From: an uncultured Prolixibacteraceae bacterium
GTDB taxonomy: Bacteria; Bacteroidota; Bacteroidia; Bacteroidales; FEN-979
Direction of reading: 5' to 3'
NCBI GenBank assembly: GCA_964605775.1
Contig: CAZSDU010000001.1
Location: 282,283-346,282, forward strand
Length of the DNA: 64,000 nt
Position 1 is the stretch's first letter. Every line of letters begins with the position of its first letter. Shown here piece after piece: positions 28,133 through 38,547 of the stretch. Both the position numbers and the translations under genes were made by a program. Below the pieces are notes generated by a model that saw only the letters and a program-made list of their open reading frames with translations, was not told where the DNA came from and made no database searches.

Positions 28133-28148
28133 AAAACCATTTTATCAT

Positions 28149-29537
28149 TTACAGATTCATTAATTGTTCAATTTCTTTCACGGTTTTCGGGATGGGTTTA
28201 CCAAGAACGCGGTAACCGTCAGCGGTTACCAGGATATCGTCTTCGATTCGGATACCACCAAAGTCCTTGTAGGTTTCGACTAGGTCGTAATGAATGAACT
28301 CCGGCAGTTTATTTTCAGATTTCCAGATATCGATTAACTCCGGGATAAAATAAATTCCAGGTTCAATGGTCATCACAAAACCTTCCTGCAATTTCCGTCC
28401 GAACCTCAGGAAAGCCAGTCCGAATTCTTTACTACGTGTCACCTCTTCATCATATCCCACGAGGTTTTCACCCATTCCTTCAAGGTCGTGAACATCCAGT
28501 CCAAGCGGATGCCCAAGTCCATGAGGAAAGAAAAGGGAATGGGCGCCTCTGGCCACTGCTTCATCAGGGTCGCCTTTCATGATGCCTAAAGCAATCAGTC
28601 CTTTGGCCACTTCGGTGGCTGCAAGCATATGGATATCCCTGAAGGGAACTCCTGGTTTTACTGCTTTTATGGCTGCAAGGTTAGCTTCGAGAACCACTTC
28701 ATAAATTCCTTTTTGTCTTGTATTGAACTTACCTCCTACCGGGACGGTCCGGGTGATATCGCTGGCATAATGCAATTTGTTTTCGCAGCCCGCGTCAATG
28801 ACAAGCATACGGCCTTCAACCAGGGTATTTCCGTGATAATGGTTATGTAACGTTTGTCCGTTAATCGATAAAATAACCGGGAAAGATACCTGTCCGCCCT
28901 GGGCAAGGGCAATGCCTTCGATGTTGCCTGCAATTTCCTGTTCCACCATCCCGGGTCTGGCCATTTTCATGGCGGTGGTATGCATTACATAAGCCAGATC
29001 CACCATTTTTTCAATCTCAGCGATTTCCAAAGCATCCTTTTTCATACGAAGTTTTACGATGGCTCGTATCAATTCCTCAGAAACATTGTTCTTTAATTCC
29101 AGGTGGGGAAGGGACAAAAGATCGGAAAGCCATTGAATGGTTTCGCCGCGATAAGGAGGAGCAAAGTGGATTTTCCTTCCCTGAGCCCGGGCCTTCCGGA
29201 TCACCTCATTCAGTTCAGGAAGGATGGCTGTATGTATCACCCCTGCTTTGACGGCCTGATCTTGAATGCTGGGTTGTTTACCCATCCAGATGATGTCGTC
29301 AATCCCGACATCATTGCCGTAGATCCAGTCAGTGCCGTTATCCAGATCGATGATCCCGGCCAGATCGGGATGGTCGAGTCCGAAAAAATAAGAAAAATTG
29401 CTGTCCTGACGGAAGGCATAGGTATTGGCCGGGTAATTAAAAGGGACTTCCTGATTTCCAAGAAAAAGAACAAGGCCTGAGGATAGCTCATCCTTTAATT
29501 TTTTTCTGCGATCGCTATAGACATTTGAAGGGAACAT
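28149..29537 (-). CDS. pepP: Xaa-Pro aminopeptidase (M24B)
   Basis: 462 aa. AMP_N-like N-terminus plus pita-bread metal ligand contexts (DAGCE, DITRT, HGLGH, EPG, IRIED). Confidence 0.85.
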   Translation of the reverse strand: MFPSNVYSDRRKKLKDELSSGLVLFLGNQEVPFNYPANTYAFRQDSNFSYFFGLDHPDLAGIIDLDNGTDWIYGNDVGIDDIIWMGKQPSIQDQAVKAGVIHTAILPELNEVIRKARAQGRKIHFAPPYRGETIQWLSDLLSLPHLELKNNVSEELIRAIVKLRMKKDALEIAEIEKMVDLAYVMHTTAMKMARPGMVEQEIAGNIEGIALAQGGQVSFPVILSINGQTLHNHYHGNTLVEGRMLVIDAGCENKLHYASDITRTVPVGGKFNTRQKGIYEVVLEANLAAIKAVKPGVPFRDIHMLAATEVAKGLIALGIMKGDPDEAVARGAHSLFFPHGLGHPLGLDVHDLEGMGENLVGYDEEVTRSKEFGLAFLRFGRKLQEGFVMTIEPGIYFIPELIDIWKSENKLPEFIHYDLVETYKDFGGIRIEDDILVTADGYRVLGKPIPKTVKEIEQLMNL

Positions 29538-29602
29538 AATTTAGATTGGTTTTGAATTGTGAAAATTTTGCATGGAATTGAGTGAATTAAAAATATAGTT
29601 TC

Positions 29603-29610
29603 TAATTTTG
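29603..29610 (+). promoter_or_regulatory. Candidate -7 box TAATTTTG for frdCAB
   Basis: TAnnTTTG match 31 nt upstream of the ATG at 29642. Confidence 0.4.
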
Positions 29611-29641
29611 ATACAAGGAACAAATATATTAAAAGCTTGCT

Positions 29642-30313
29642 ATGAATTCTTCTTTTATAAAATTTTCTTCCATCACAAAAAAGATCTGGATGGCATTGCT
29701 GGGTCTTTTTCTGATGGTTTTTCTGGTGGTTCACCTCGGGATTAATTTATGTTTACTGCGCGAAGACGGAGGGCGCTGGTTCAACGATGCTGCCCATTTC
29801 ATGGGGACCAACTATGTGGTCAAAGTATTTGAGATCGTCCTTTTTGCAGGATTTATATTACATATACTCCTGGGCATCATCCTGCAGGTCAGGAACTGGA
29901 GATCCCGTCCGGTAAGGTATAAGGTCAACAATAAAACCTATACCCCTTTCCTTTCAAAATATATGATTTATACGGGAGGAGTGGTTTTACTTTTTCTGAT
30001 CCTTCATTTTATGAATTTTTATTTCATTAAACTGGGATGGGTATCCAACCCGAATATCAGCCCTGATGGAGAACCTGATTTTTATCTCATTGCTCAGGCT
30101 TTATTCACCCGCCCCTTGTATTCCATCCTATATATCTTCCTGATCCTCATCCTTGCGTTTCATCTCAACCATGCGTTTCAGGCTGCATTTCAAACGCTGG
30201 GGCTGGAACATAAGCAATACAGTCCCTTTATCCGGACTTTTGGCGTGATTTATTCCATTATCGTTCCCTTAGGTTTCATCATCATCCCGATTTACTTTTT
30301 ATTTATCCGTTAG
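29642..30313 (+). CDS. frdC: Succinate dehydrogenase/fumarate reductase cytochrome b subunit (Bacteroides type)
   Basis: 223 aa, 5 TM helices with conserved His residues. First gene of a three-gene operon with the flavoprotein and Fe-S subunits. Confidence 0.8.
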   Translation: MNSSFIKFSSITKKIWMALLGLFLMVFLVVHLGINLCLLREDGGRWFNDAAHFMGTNYVVKVFEIVLFAGFILHILLGIILQVRNWRSRPVRYKVNNKTYTPFLSKYMIYTGGVVLLFLILHFMNFYFIKLGWVSNPNISPDGEPDFYLIAQALFTRPLYSILYIFLILILAFHLNHAFQAAFQTLGLEHKQYSPFIRTFGVIYSIIVPLGFIIIPIYFLFIR

Positions 30314-30318
30314 ATGTT

Positions 30319-32256
30319 ATGATTGAATTAAATTCAAAAATTCCCCAGGGCCCTTTATCACAAAAATGGACCTATTATAAAAATCATCAGAATCTCGTCA
30401 ACCCGTCCAATAAGAGGAAACTGGATATTATTGTTGTCGGGACGGGTTTAGCCGGCGCTTCAGCTGCTGCTTCCCTTGGGGAGATGGGGTTCAATGTTAA
30501 AATATTCTGTTATCAGGACAGTCCCCGCCGTGCTCACAGCATTGCAGCCCAGGGAGGGATCAATGCGGCCAAGAATTATCCCAATGATGGCGACAGTATT
30601 TACCGCTTATTTTATGATACCATCAAAGGCGGCGATTACCGTGCCCGAGAGGCCAATGTTTATCGTCTTGCAGAAGTAAGCAATGCCATCATTGACCAAT
30701 GTGTGGCCCAGGGAGTTCCTTTTGCGCGTGAATATGGAGGATCTCTTGAAAACCGTTCTTTTGGAGGTGCTCAGGTTTCACGTACTTTTTTCGCCCGTGG
30801 TCAGACCGGACAACAATTGCTGCTCGGTGCTTACGGGGCACTGAGTCGACAGATCAAACTCGGTACGGTCAGCTTGTTCAACCGTCATGAAATGATGGAT
30901 ATCGTGATCATTGATGGAAAAGCAAGAGGCATCATAGCCCGCGACCTGATCACCGGCAAACTGGAGCGTCATTCTGGCCATGCCGTAGTGATTGCCACCG
31001 GAGGTTACGGCAATGTGTTTTATCTCTCCACCAATGCAATGGGCTCTAATGCCAGTGCCATCTGGCAAATTTTCAGGAAAGGAGCTTTCATTGCCAATCC
31101 TTGTTTTACACAGATCCATCCTACCTGCATCCCCGTTCATGGAGATTATCAGTCGAAACTGACACTGATGAGCGAAAGTTTACGTAACGATGGACGAATC
31201 TGGGTCCCGAAGAAAAAAGAAGATGCCGAAGCCCATCGTCTCGGTAAACTTAAAGCCAATGATATTCCTGAAGCAGACCGTGATTTTTTCCTTGAACGCA
31301 GGTATCCCGCATACGGGAATCTTGTTCCCAGGGATGTTGCCTCACGTGCGGCTAAGGAGCGTTGTGATGCAGGTTATGGCGTAGGGGAAACTGGGCTGGC
31401 GGTATTTCTTGATTTTAAAGAGGCCATCGGACGTCTGGGAAGGAATGTCATCGAAGAACGTTACGGAAATCTTTTCCAGATGTATGAAAAAATCGTGGAT
31501 GAAAACCCTTATGAGAATCCCATGATGATCTATCCCGCCGTACATTATACCATGGGTGGAACCTGGGTGGATTATGAACTGATGACCACGGTAACGGGAT
31601 TATTTGCCGCGGGGGAAGCCAATTTTTCGGATCATGGAGCCAACCGTCTGGGAGCTTCTGCCTTAATGCAGGGACTTGCCGACGGGTATTTTGTCCTGCC
31701 TTATACCATTCAGAACTATCTTTCCGGTGAAATAAAGATTCCCCGTATTTCAACTGATAAACCTGAATTTGAAGAAGCAGAGAATAAAATCCTGGAAAGA
31801 CTTGAAAAACTGATTTCAATCTCCGGTTCAAAAACCGTTGACCATTTCCATAAAGAACTGGGGAAAATCATGTGGGAAAATGTCGGTATGGGAAGGAATG
31901 AATCCGGACTCAGAAAAGCCATTGACCTCATTCGTAAACTCCGGGCTGAGTTTTGGAAAGAAGTGAAAATTCCGGGTGGAATCAATGAGCTGAACGTTGA
32001 ACTTGAAAAAGCAAACCGGGTTGCAGATTTTCTTGAATTGGGAGAACTCATCACTCAGGATGCCCTTAACCGTATGGAAAGCTGCGGAGGTCATTTCAGG
32101 GAAGAATACCAGACAGAAGAAGGAGAATGTTTGAGAAACGACGAAGATTTTAAATATGTGGCAGCATGGGAATACCTCAGCGAAGGAGAATTCAGGCTTC
32201 ACAAGGAGCCACTCAAGTATGAGGAAATAGAGGTTAAGCAGAGGGTGTATAAATAA
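30319..32256 (+). CDS. frdA: Succinate dehydrogenase/fumarate reductase flavoprotein subunit
   Basis: 645 aa. FAD fold [20 protein letters not shown] (covalent-FAD His context), HYTMGG. Confidence 0.95.
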   Translation: MIELNSKIPQGPLSQKWTYYKNHQNLVNPSNKRKLDIIVVGTGLAGASAAASLGEMGFNVKIFCYQDSPRRAHSIAAQGGINAAKNYPNDGDSIYRLFYDTIKGGDYRAREANVYRLAEVSNAIIDQCVAQGVPFAREYGGSLENRSFGGAQVSRTFFARGQTGQQLLLGAYGALSRQIKLGTVSLFNRHEMMDIVIIDGKARGIIARDLITGKLERHSGHAVVIATGGYGNVFYLSTNAMGSNASAIWQIFRKGAFIANPCFTQIHPTCIPVHGDYQSKLTLMSESLRNDGRIWVPKKKEDAEAHRLGKLKANDIPEADRDFFLERRYPAYGNLVPRDVASRAAKERCDAGYGVGETGLAVFLDFKEAIGRLGRNVIEERYGNLFQMYEKIVDENPYENPMMIYPAVHYTMGGTWVDYELMTTVTGLFAAGEANFSDHGANRLGASALMQGLADGYFVLPYTIQNYLSGEIKIPRISTDKPEFEEAENKILERLEKLISISGSKTVDHFHKELGKIMWENVGMGRNESGLRKAIDLIRKLRAEFWKEVKIPGGINELNVELEKANRVADFLELGELITQDALNRMESCGGHFREEYQTEEGECLRNDEDFKYVAAWEYLSEGEFRLHKEPLKYEEIEVKQRVYK

Positions 32257-32283
32257 TTAGGAATTAGGAATTAAGAATTTAAC

Positions 32284-33024
32284 ATGGATCTTACATTAAC
32301 AATCTGGCGGCAGAAAGATGCCAAGGCAAAAGGGAAATTTGAGATTTATCCCCTTTCGGGGATATCTCCTCATTGTTCTTTTCTTGAAATGCTTGATATC
32401 CTGAATGAGCAATTGATCCTGAAAGGTGAAGACCCTGTGGTTTTTGACCATGACTGCCGGGAAGGGATTTGCGGAATGTGCAGCCTGTATATCAATGGTC
32501 GTCCTCATGGACCGGATGACGCGGTTACTGCCTGTCAGCTTCATATGCGTAAATTCAGGGACGGGGATACCATCGTGGTAGAACCCTGGCGTGCCAAACC
32601 TTTTCCGGTTATCAAAGACCTGATGGTCGATCGTTCGGCTTTTGACAAGATCATTCAGGAAGGGGGTTATATTTCCGTCAATACGGGCGGGGCAACGGAA
32701 GCCAATAATATTCTTGTCAGGAAAGAAGCTGCTGAGCTGTCGATGGATGCAGCAGCATGTATCGGATGTGGAGCTTGTGTGGCCGCTTGTAAAAACGCAT
32801 CTGCCATGCTTTTCGTTTCCGCTAAAGTCGCTCATCTGGCTCTCCTTCCTCAGGGGAAAGTCGAAGCCACGCAAAGGGTTAAGAAAATGGTCAAGATGAT
32901 GGACGAACTTGGTTTTGGAAATTGCACCAATACCTATGCTTGCGAAGCAGAGTGCCCTAAGTTGATATCCCGTTCCAATATCGCAAGGCTGAACAGGGAA
33001 TTTATGTGTGCCAAAGTCATTTGA
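32284..33024 (+). CDS. frdB: Succinate dehydrogenase/fumarate reductase iron-sulfur subunit
   Basis: 246 aa. 2Fe-2S (CREGICGMC), 4Fe-4S ([11 protein letters not shown]) and 3Fe-4S ([12 protein letters not shown]) cysteine clusters. Confidence 0.93.
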   Translation: MDLTLTIWRQKDAKAKGKFEIYPLSGISPHCSFLEMLDILNEQLILKGEDPVVFDHDCREGICGMCSLYINGRPHGPDDAVTACQLHMRKFRDGDTIVVEPWRAKPFPVIKDLMVDRSAFDKIIQEGGYISVNTGGATEANNILVRKEAAELSMDAAACIGCGACVAACKNASAMLFVSAKVAHLALLPQGKVEATQRVKKMVKMMDELGFGNCTNTYACEAECPKLISRSNIARLNREFMCAKVI

Positions 33025-33082
33025 TCCTCTTTTCTTAAATTTCTATCTTTCTTGTATTACCTTTCAGGGATAAAACCGATTA

Positions 33083-33103
33083 AGCCATAAAAACCTTATG
33101 GCT
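33083..33103 (+). promoter_or_regulatory. Perfect 8-bp hairpin covering the start codon of the IS200-like gene; also placed like a frdCAB terminator
   Basis: AGCCATAA-(AAACC)-TTATGGCT. The ATG at 33098 lies inside the right arm, and the stem is followed by AAATTTTTTATT. Confidence 0.55.
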
Positions 33104-33526
33104 AAATTTTTTATTACTCTTTGTACCCGAAAAGGAAGACCCTATTTCGGATCCATCATCAACGGGCAAACAGATCTTTCCCTGATCGGTAGAATTGTGG
33201 AGTTTGAAGCCCGTAAACTGTCTAAGAAAAAACAGGAAATCCGGCTTGAAGAATGGGTCATCATGCCAAACCATGTGCATCTATTGTTATCCGGTTGCAA
33301 TGGAGGAATGAGAAAAGAAATAAAGCGGTTTAAATATGCAGTGAAAAACTGGACCAATCTCTGCGGATTTGAGTTCCATTGGCGTGTAAGAATTTTCCAT
33401 TATCCCATTCAGGATGAAGCGGAACTGAAACAGCGTAAATGCTATCTCAGAAAAAATCCTCTAGCATGGGAATCGGATCCCCTGAATCAGGAAAATCAGC
33501 TAAATTTGTCAAAAGAATTGAGATAA
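33098..33526 (+). CDS. IS200/RAYT-like HUH (Y1) transposase homolog, single copy
   Basis: 142 aa. HUH motif MPNHVHLLL and the C-terminal Tyr block CYLRKNPLAW. Confidence 0.7.
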   Translation: MAKFFITLCTRKGRPYFGSIINGQTDLSLIGRIVEFEARKLSKKKQEIRLEEWVIMPNHVHLLLSGCNGGMRKEIKRFKYAVKNWTNLCGFEFHWRVRIFHYPIQDEAELKQRKCYLRKNPLAWESDPLNQENQLNLSKELR

Positions 33527-33549
33527 ACGATGGGCAATCATGAGATCAT

Positions 33550-34626
33550 ATGAAATTCAGTGAGATCCGGGGGCAGGAAGAAATAAAACGAAAGTTGATT
33601 CAGACGGTTTTGGATCAAAGGGTGAGTCATGCCCAGCTTTTCTATGGTCCGGAAGGATGCGGAAAACTGGCACTTGCGATTGCTTATGCACAGTTCATCA
33701 ATTGTACCCATCCACGTCCCCTCCCCAATTCAGGTGAACCCCAAGGATTAGAAGCCGATTCCTGCGGTGTCTGTCCATCCTGTGTCAAATACCAAAAACT
33801 CATCCATCCTGATCTGCATTTTATTGTCCCCGTGGCCGCTACGAAAAAGAATCCTAAAAAACCACAAAGCAAGCATTTCTTGGAAGACTGGCGAAAGTTC
33901 CTGATCGAACATTCTTATGGAGTCACGATTCAGCAATGGTTTGAAGCCATTGAGATCGAGAACAAGCAAGGCATCATCAATGCAGAGGATTGCAACGAGA
34001 TCATTACTACCCTTGGATATAAAAGCTATGAGTCAGAATACAAGGTGATGATCATCTGGTTACCAGAGAAAATCTTTCATTCCGCAGTACCAAAAATCCT
34101 CAAAATACTGGAGGAACCTCCTGAAAAAACATTATTTCTGCTGGTTTGCGATGATCCTTCCCAGGTTATCCCGACCATTTTATCAAGAACGTTAATGGTT
34201 CGGATTCCCCGGCTAAGCGGTTTCCTGCCATTTGAAGAAGTGGATGCAGGATTTTATCCTTCTTTCCGGCAATGGATGTTACAATGTCACGGTGGAAAAA
34301 TTCCTGAACTGATCGCCTTTTCAACAGAAATAACTAAAACGGGAAGAGAGAAGCAAAAAAGTTTCCTGCAATATGGCCTTCAGACTATTGCCTATTGCAA
34401 CTCCATCAATTATGGGCAAAAAATACCGACCCGGATTATAGGAGATGAACTTGAATTCATTCAGAAATTTTCGAAATTCATTACTTCAAAAAATCTTCCC
34501 GAATTTTCGGATCTCCTGAATACCGCCATTTTTCATATCGAGCGAAATGCCCATATCCCTACTCTTTTCCTCGACCTGTCGTTGAAATTTGTTAAGCAAT
34601 TTAAACCTAATTTGCTATCTTTGTAG
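33550..34626 (+). CDS. holB: DNA polymerase III delta-prime subunit
   Basis: 358 aa. GPEGCGKLALA P-loop-like block, zinc module CGVCPSCVKY, ILKILEEPP and SRT sensor. Confidence 0.85.
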   Translation: MKFSEIRGQEEIKRKLIQTVLDQRVSHAQLFYGPEGCGKLALAIAYAQFINCTHPRPLPNSGEPQGLEADSCGVCPSCVKYQKLIHPDLHFIVPVAATKKNPKKPQSKHFLEDWRKFLIEHSYGVTIQQWFEAIEIENKQGIINAEDCNEIITTLGYKSYESEYKVMIIWLPEKIFHSAVPKILKILEEPPEKTLFLLVCDDPSQVIPTILSRTLMVRIPRLSGFLPFEEVDAGFYPSFRQWMLQCHGGKIPELIAFSTEITKTGREKQKSFLQYGLQTIAYCNSINYGQKIPTRIIGDELEFIQKFSKFITSKNLPEFSDLLNTAIFHIERNAHIPTLFLDLSLKFVKQFKPNLLSL

Positions 34627-34641
34627 GGTTTTACTATAACT

Positions 34642-35763
34642 ATGGAAGAAGCTGAGGGCATTTCCCGGGAAACAAAAAACAATCCATTTCTGAGCCGTGG
34701 GTGCTGTCATGCTCCCCGGCTATATCATAAAAATGATGGACTTTTCCAGCACGGTTGCAGTAAATTTGATTCCTTCGACTGGCTGAAATCAATTCCCCTG
34801 CCGTTGAATCTGAAACCATTCGAAATCATTGAGGTCAGGTTTAAGAACAGCCGAAAGGATTATTACCGCCTGCCCCCTGAAATGGAAGTGGCAGTGGGTG
34901 ATATCGTTGCAGTGGAAGCCTCTCCGGGTCATGATATCGGGATCGTAAGCATGGTGGGTGAAATGGTGAGATTTTTATGTTTTAAGCATAAGTCTTTTAA
35001 CCATGCTGACGACATCAAAAAAGTGTATCGCCGCGCCCGCCTTACTGATATTGAAAAATGGATTGCCGCCGTTGAAACAGAAACAGAAACCATGTTCCGG
35101 TCGAGGGAAATAGCCTCCGGTCTGAATCTGCAAATGAAGATCAATGATGTTGAATATCAGGGAGACAATACCAAGGCGGTTTTTTATTATACTGCCGAAG
35201 ACCGGGTGGACTTCAGGGAGCTGATCAAACTCCTTGCTGAAGAATTCAAGGTACGTATCGAAATGCGCCAGATCGGGGCAAGACAGGAAGCTAGCCGCCT
35301 GGGTGGAATCGGTTCATGCGGGCGTGAATTATGCTGTTCCACCTGGATGAGCGACTTTAAATCGGTCACCACCAATGCAGCCAGGGTTCAGCAACTTTCC
35401 CTGAATCCCCAGAAACTTGCCGGTCAGTGCGGAAAATTAAAATGCTGCCTGAATTACGAATATGAAACTTATGTTGATGCCCAGAAAGATTTTCCCAGTT
35501 CCGACACCCTGCTGAAGACCAGAAAGGGAGATGCCGCTCATCAGAAAACAGATATCTTTGAGAAGTTGATGTGGTACAGTTATCTGAATGATCCTTCAAA
35601 TCTTATGGCTATCCCGCTTGAAAACGTAAAACAGATCCTGAACGAAAACCTCAATGGTAACTTACCTGAGAAACTTGAAGATTTCGCCAGAACAACAGAG
35701 AAAAAGACAGAAATTGATAATGGCCTTGGTCAGGATGAGCTAACCCGTTTTGATCATTTATGA
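34642..35763 (+). CDS. PSP1 domain protein (YaaT/RicT-like)
   Basis: 373 aa. The PSP1 C-terminal region has the GSCGRELCCSTW and GQCGKLKCCL cysteine blocks. Confidence 0.8.
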   Translation: MEEAEGISRETKNNPFLSRGCCHAPRLYHKNDGLFQHGCSKFDSFDWLKSIPLPLNLKPFEIIEVRFKNSRKDYYRLPPEMEVAVGDIVAVEASPGHDIGIVSMVGEMVRFLCFKHKSFNHADDIKKVYRRARLTDIEKWIAAVETETETMFRSREIASGLNLQMKINDVEYQGDNTKAVFYYTAEDRVDFRELIKLLAEEFKVRIEMRQIGARQEASRLGGIGSCGRELCCSTWMSDFKSVTTNAARVQQLSLNPQKLAGQCGKLKCCLNYEYETYVDAQKDFPSSDTLLKTRKGDAAHQKTDIFEKLMWYSYLNDPSNLMAIPLENVKQILNENLNGNLPEKLEDFARTTEKKTEIDNGLGQDELTRFDHL

Positions 35764-36236
35764 ATATGTTCCGATCGCTGAAACAAGACATATTTCTCCT
35801 GATCTTTCTTTTCACCACAATCACCGCTTGTGATTCTAATCGTCTTTTTGAAGAAAACAGGGTAATTCCAAACAAAACTTGGAGTGCTGGCAATAAGGTG
35901 TCTTTTCAAGCCACCATTACAGATACGGCTTTAACTTACAATGTTTACCTGAATATCAGAAATACCTTGGACTACCCTTACAGCAATCTTTTTCTCTTTT
36001 TGCAAACGACTTTCCCGGATGGCCATAAAGCAAAAGACACCCTGGAATGTCTTTTGGCAGATTATGATGGACGGTGGCTGGGTTCAGGTGTAGGAAGCGT
36101 AAAATTCAACCGTTTTCTCCTTAAAAAAGGCGTTTCTTTCCGTGAAAAGGGAGTCTACCGGTTTGATCTGGAACAAGCTATGCGTGTGCCTGAACTTAAA
36201 GGTATTGAGGATGTCGGTTTACGAATAGAAAAATGA
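35760..36236 (+). CDS. gldH: Gliding motility lipoprotein GldH
   Basis: 158 aa. Lipobox ...ITAC and blocks resembling Flavobacterium GldH (NLFLFL, DTLECLLAD, LEQAMR, GIEDVGLRIE). ATGA overlap with the PSP1 gene. Confidence 0.82.
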   Translation: MNMFRSLKQDIFLLIFLFTTITACDSNRLFEENRVIPNKTWSAGNKVSFQATITDTALTYNVYLNIRNTLDYPYSNLFLFLQTTFPDGHKAKDTLECLLADYDGRWLGSGVGSVKFNRFLLKKGVSFREKGVYRFDLEQAMRVPELKGIEDVGLRIEK

Positions 36237-38539
36237 GCATAACACATATTCCAATATTACAGGAAATGCAACACCGGGCCCCGAAAAACAATAATCGGAA
36301 ATATTTACTGGGTTTCTGGATCTCTTACTGTGTTCTTGTGATTTTAACGGTTCTTTTTTTTATCGGGGTAACCTATGGTTTTTTTGGCAAGATGCCCAGC
36401 TTTGAAGAACTGGAAAATCCGAAAAGTAATCTGGCTTCTGAAGTGTTTTCAGCCGATGGAAAGTTGCTTGGCAAATATTATATTGAAAACCGTTCGAATA
36501 CGCAATTCCAGGATTTGTCCCCCAATGTGATCAATGCCCTTATTGCCACTGAAGACAGCAGGTTTTATGAGCATTCAGGGATTGACATCAAGGCTATTTT
36601 CAGGGTAGCCTGGGGGATGTTAACCAACTCCTCAAAAGGAGGAGGGAGTACCATCACCCAGCAACTCGCCAAAAATCTTTTTCCACGAAAGAAAGACCGT
36701 ACTTTTTGGGAAACTGTGATGATCAAATTCAAGGAATGGATTACCGCCATCAAGCTTGAAAGGAATTATTCCAAGGACGAAATCCTATCCATGTACCTTA
36801 ACACGGTTGATTTTGGGAGTCAGTCTTATGGCATAAAATCGGCCGCCAGAACCTATTTCAATAAAAGCCCTGATGAACTTGGCCCTGAAGAAGCAGCCAT
36901 TCTTATTGGCACCCTGAAGGCACCCACCTGGTTCAGTCCTGTAAGAAATCCGGGCAGGGCGTTTGATCGCCGGAATACGGTGCTGAGCCAGATGCAGAAA
37001 TACAGTTATATCAGCCAGGCAGAACTGGACTCCCTGAAAATGGTTCCTGTGGATATGACCAATTACCGCATTCAGGATCATACGGCAGGAATTGCAACCT
37101 ATTTCAGGGAATACCTGCGCATGGTACTGGTTGACTGGTGCAATGCCAATCCAAGGGAAGACGGTACACCCTATAATCTTTATAAGGATGGATTGAAGAT
37201 TTATACCACCATTGACTATAAATTACAGGGATATGCCGAACAAGCGGTCAGGCAATATCTCGGGAATGAACTTCAGCCTTCCTTCTTTGCACATTGGAAG
37301 GGACAACCCAATGCGCCTTTTGTCTTCGAAAAAAACGTTGAAAAGAAAGAGATCCAGAACCTTTTATTGCAGGCTATGCGCAGGACAGACCGGTATTACC
37401 ATTTAAAATCAGCAGGCGCCAGTGAGGAAGACATTTATGCAGAATTTAAAATTCCCGTCAAGATGAAGGTCTTTTCCTGGAAAGGTGAAATTGATACCCT
37501 GATGAGTCCGATGGATTCGATTAGGTATTATAAATTTTTCTTACAGGCCGGACTGATGTCGATGGATCCTCATAGTGGATATGTGAAAGCATATGTCGGA
37601 GGCATTGATTACCGATTCTTTCAATACGATCATGTCAAACTCAGCAAACGGCAGGTGGGTTCTACTTTCAAACCCTTCCTTTATACCCTGGCCATGCAGG
37701 AAGGCGAATCCCCCTGTGCCCGATATCCCAATGTTCAACCTGTGATCGATCTTGGGAACGGACAAGTATGGGCTCCGGAAAGCGCCAGTGACGAAAGGCG
37801 TGGTCAAATGGTGACCCTGAAATGGGCATTGGCCAATTCCAACAACTGGGTCTCCGGTCAGCTCATCAAAAAATACTCTCCCAAAGCCGTGGTTTCCATG
37901 GCCCATAAGATGGGCGTGACGAGCGATATCCCCGCGGTTTACTCCATTGCCCTGGGATCATGCGATCTCAGCCTGTATGAAATGGTAGGCGCCATGAGCG
38001 TATTTGCCAATAAAGGAATTTTCAATGAACCTATCTTTATCACCCGCATCGAAGATAAAAACGGGAATCTTTTACAGGCATTCAATCCCAAATCCAGGGA
38101 AGCCATCAGCGAGGAAACTGCATTTCTTATGGTCACTTTAATGAAAGGCGTGGTGGAAGTCGGAACCGGGGTCAGACTTCGGTATAAATACGGTCTTACC
38201 AATCCCATTGCCGGAAAAACCGGCACTACTCAAAACCAATCTGACGGGTGGTTCATGGGCATCACCCCGGATCTTGTCACCGGTATTTGGGTCGGATGTG
38301 AAGACAGGGCTGCTCATTTCCGCAGCATCACCCTTGGACAGGGAGCAAATATGGCGTTACCAATCTGGGCGATATTTATGCAGAGAATTTATTCCGATCC
38401 CGGATTGCATCTTTCACAAAGGGATTTTGATCCCCCTAAAAAACCCCTTGAAATCGATCTTGATTGTTCCGAATCGGATAACCCCGGTCCTATCAAAACA
38501 AAGAAAAAGAAAGCCATTTTTGATGAAGATGAATTTTAG
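36233..38539 (+). CDS. mrcA: Class A penicillin-binding protein (PBP1A; transglycosylase + transpeptidase)
   Basis: 768 aa. GT51 blocks EDSRFYEHSGID and GGSTITQQL; transpeptidase STFKP, SNN and KTGTT. Confidence 0.93.
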   Translation: MSITHIPILQEMQHRAPKNNNRKYLLGFWISYCVLVILTVLFFIGVTYGFFGKMPSFEELENPKSNLASEVFSADGKLLGKYYIENRSNTQFQDLSPNVINALIATEDSRFYEHSGIDIKAIFRVAWGMLTNSSKGGGSTITQQLAKNLFPRKKDRTFWETVMIKFKEWITAIKLERNYSKDEILSMYLNTVDFGSQSYGIKSAARTYFNKSPDELGPEEAAILIGTLKAPTWFSPVRNPGRAFDRRNTVLSQMQKYSYISQAELDSLKMVPVDMTNYRIQDHTAGIATYFREYLRMVLVDWCNANPREDGTPYNLYKDGLKIYTTIDYKLQGYAEQAVRQYLGNELQPSFFAHWKGQPNAPFVFEKNVEKKEIQNLLLQAMRRTDRYYHLKSAGASEEDIYAEFKIPVKMKVFSWKGEIDTLMSPMDSIRYYKFFLQAGLMSMDPHSGYVKAYVGGIDYRFFQYDHVKLSKRQVGSTFKPFLYTLAMQEGESPCARYPNVQPVIDLGNGQVWAPESASDERRGQMVTLKWALANSNNWVSGQLIKKYSPKAVVSMAHKMGVTSDIPAVYSIALGSCDLSLYEMVGAMSVFANKGIFNEPIFITRIEDKNGNLLQAFNPKSREAISEETAFLMVTLMKGVVEVGTGVRLRYKYGLTNPIAGKTGTTQNQSDGWFMGITPDLVTGIWVGCEDRAAHFRSITLGQGANMALPIWAIFMQRIYSDPGLHLSQRDFDPPKKPLEIDLDCSESDNPGPIKTKKKKAIFDEDEF

Positions 38540-38547
38540 ACACTCCC

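Noticed and set aside
33098-33526. A complete, active IS200/IS605 insertion sequence.
   Set aside because: No tnpB/iscB-like partner is present. I could not identify subterminal imperfect palindromes at both ends or a target-site signature, and there is no second copy in 64 kb. The gene is kept as a single HUH gene, possibly domesticated.
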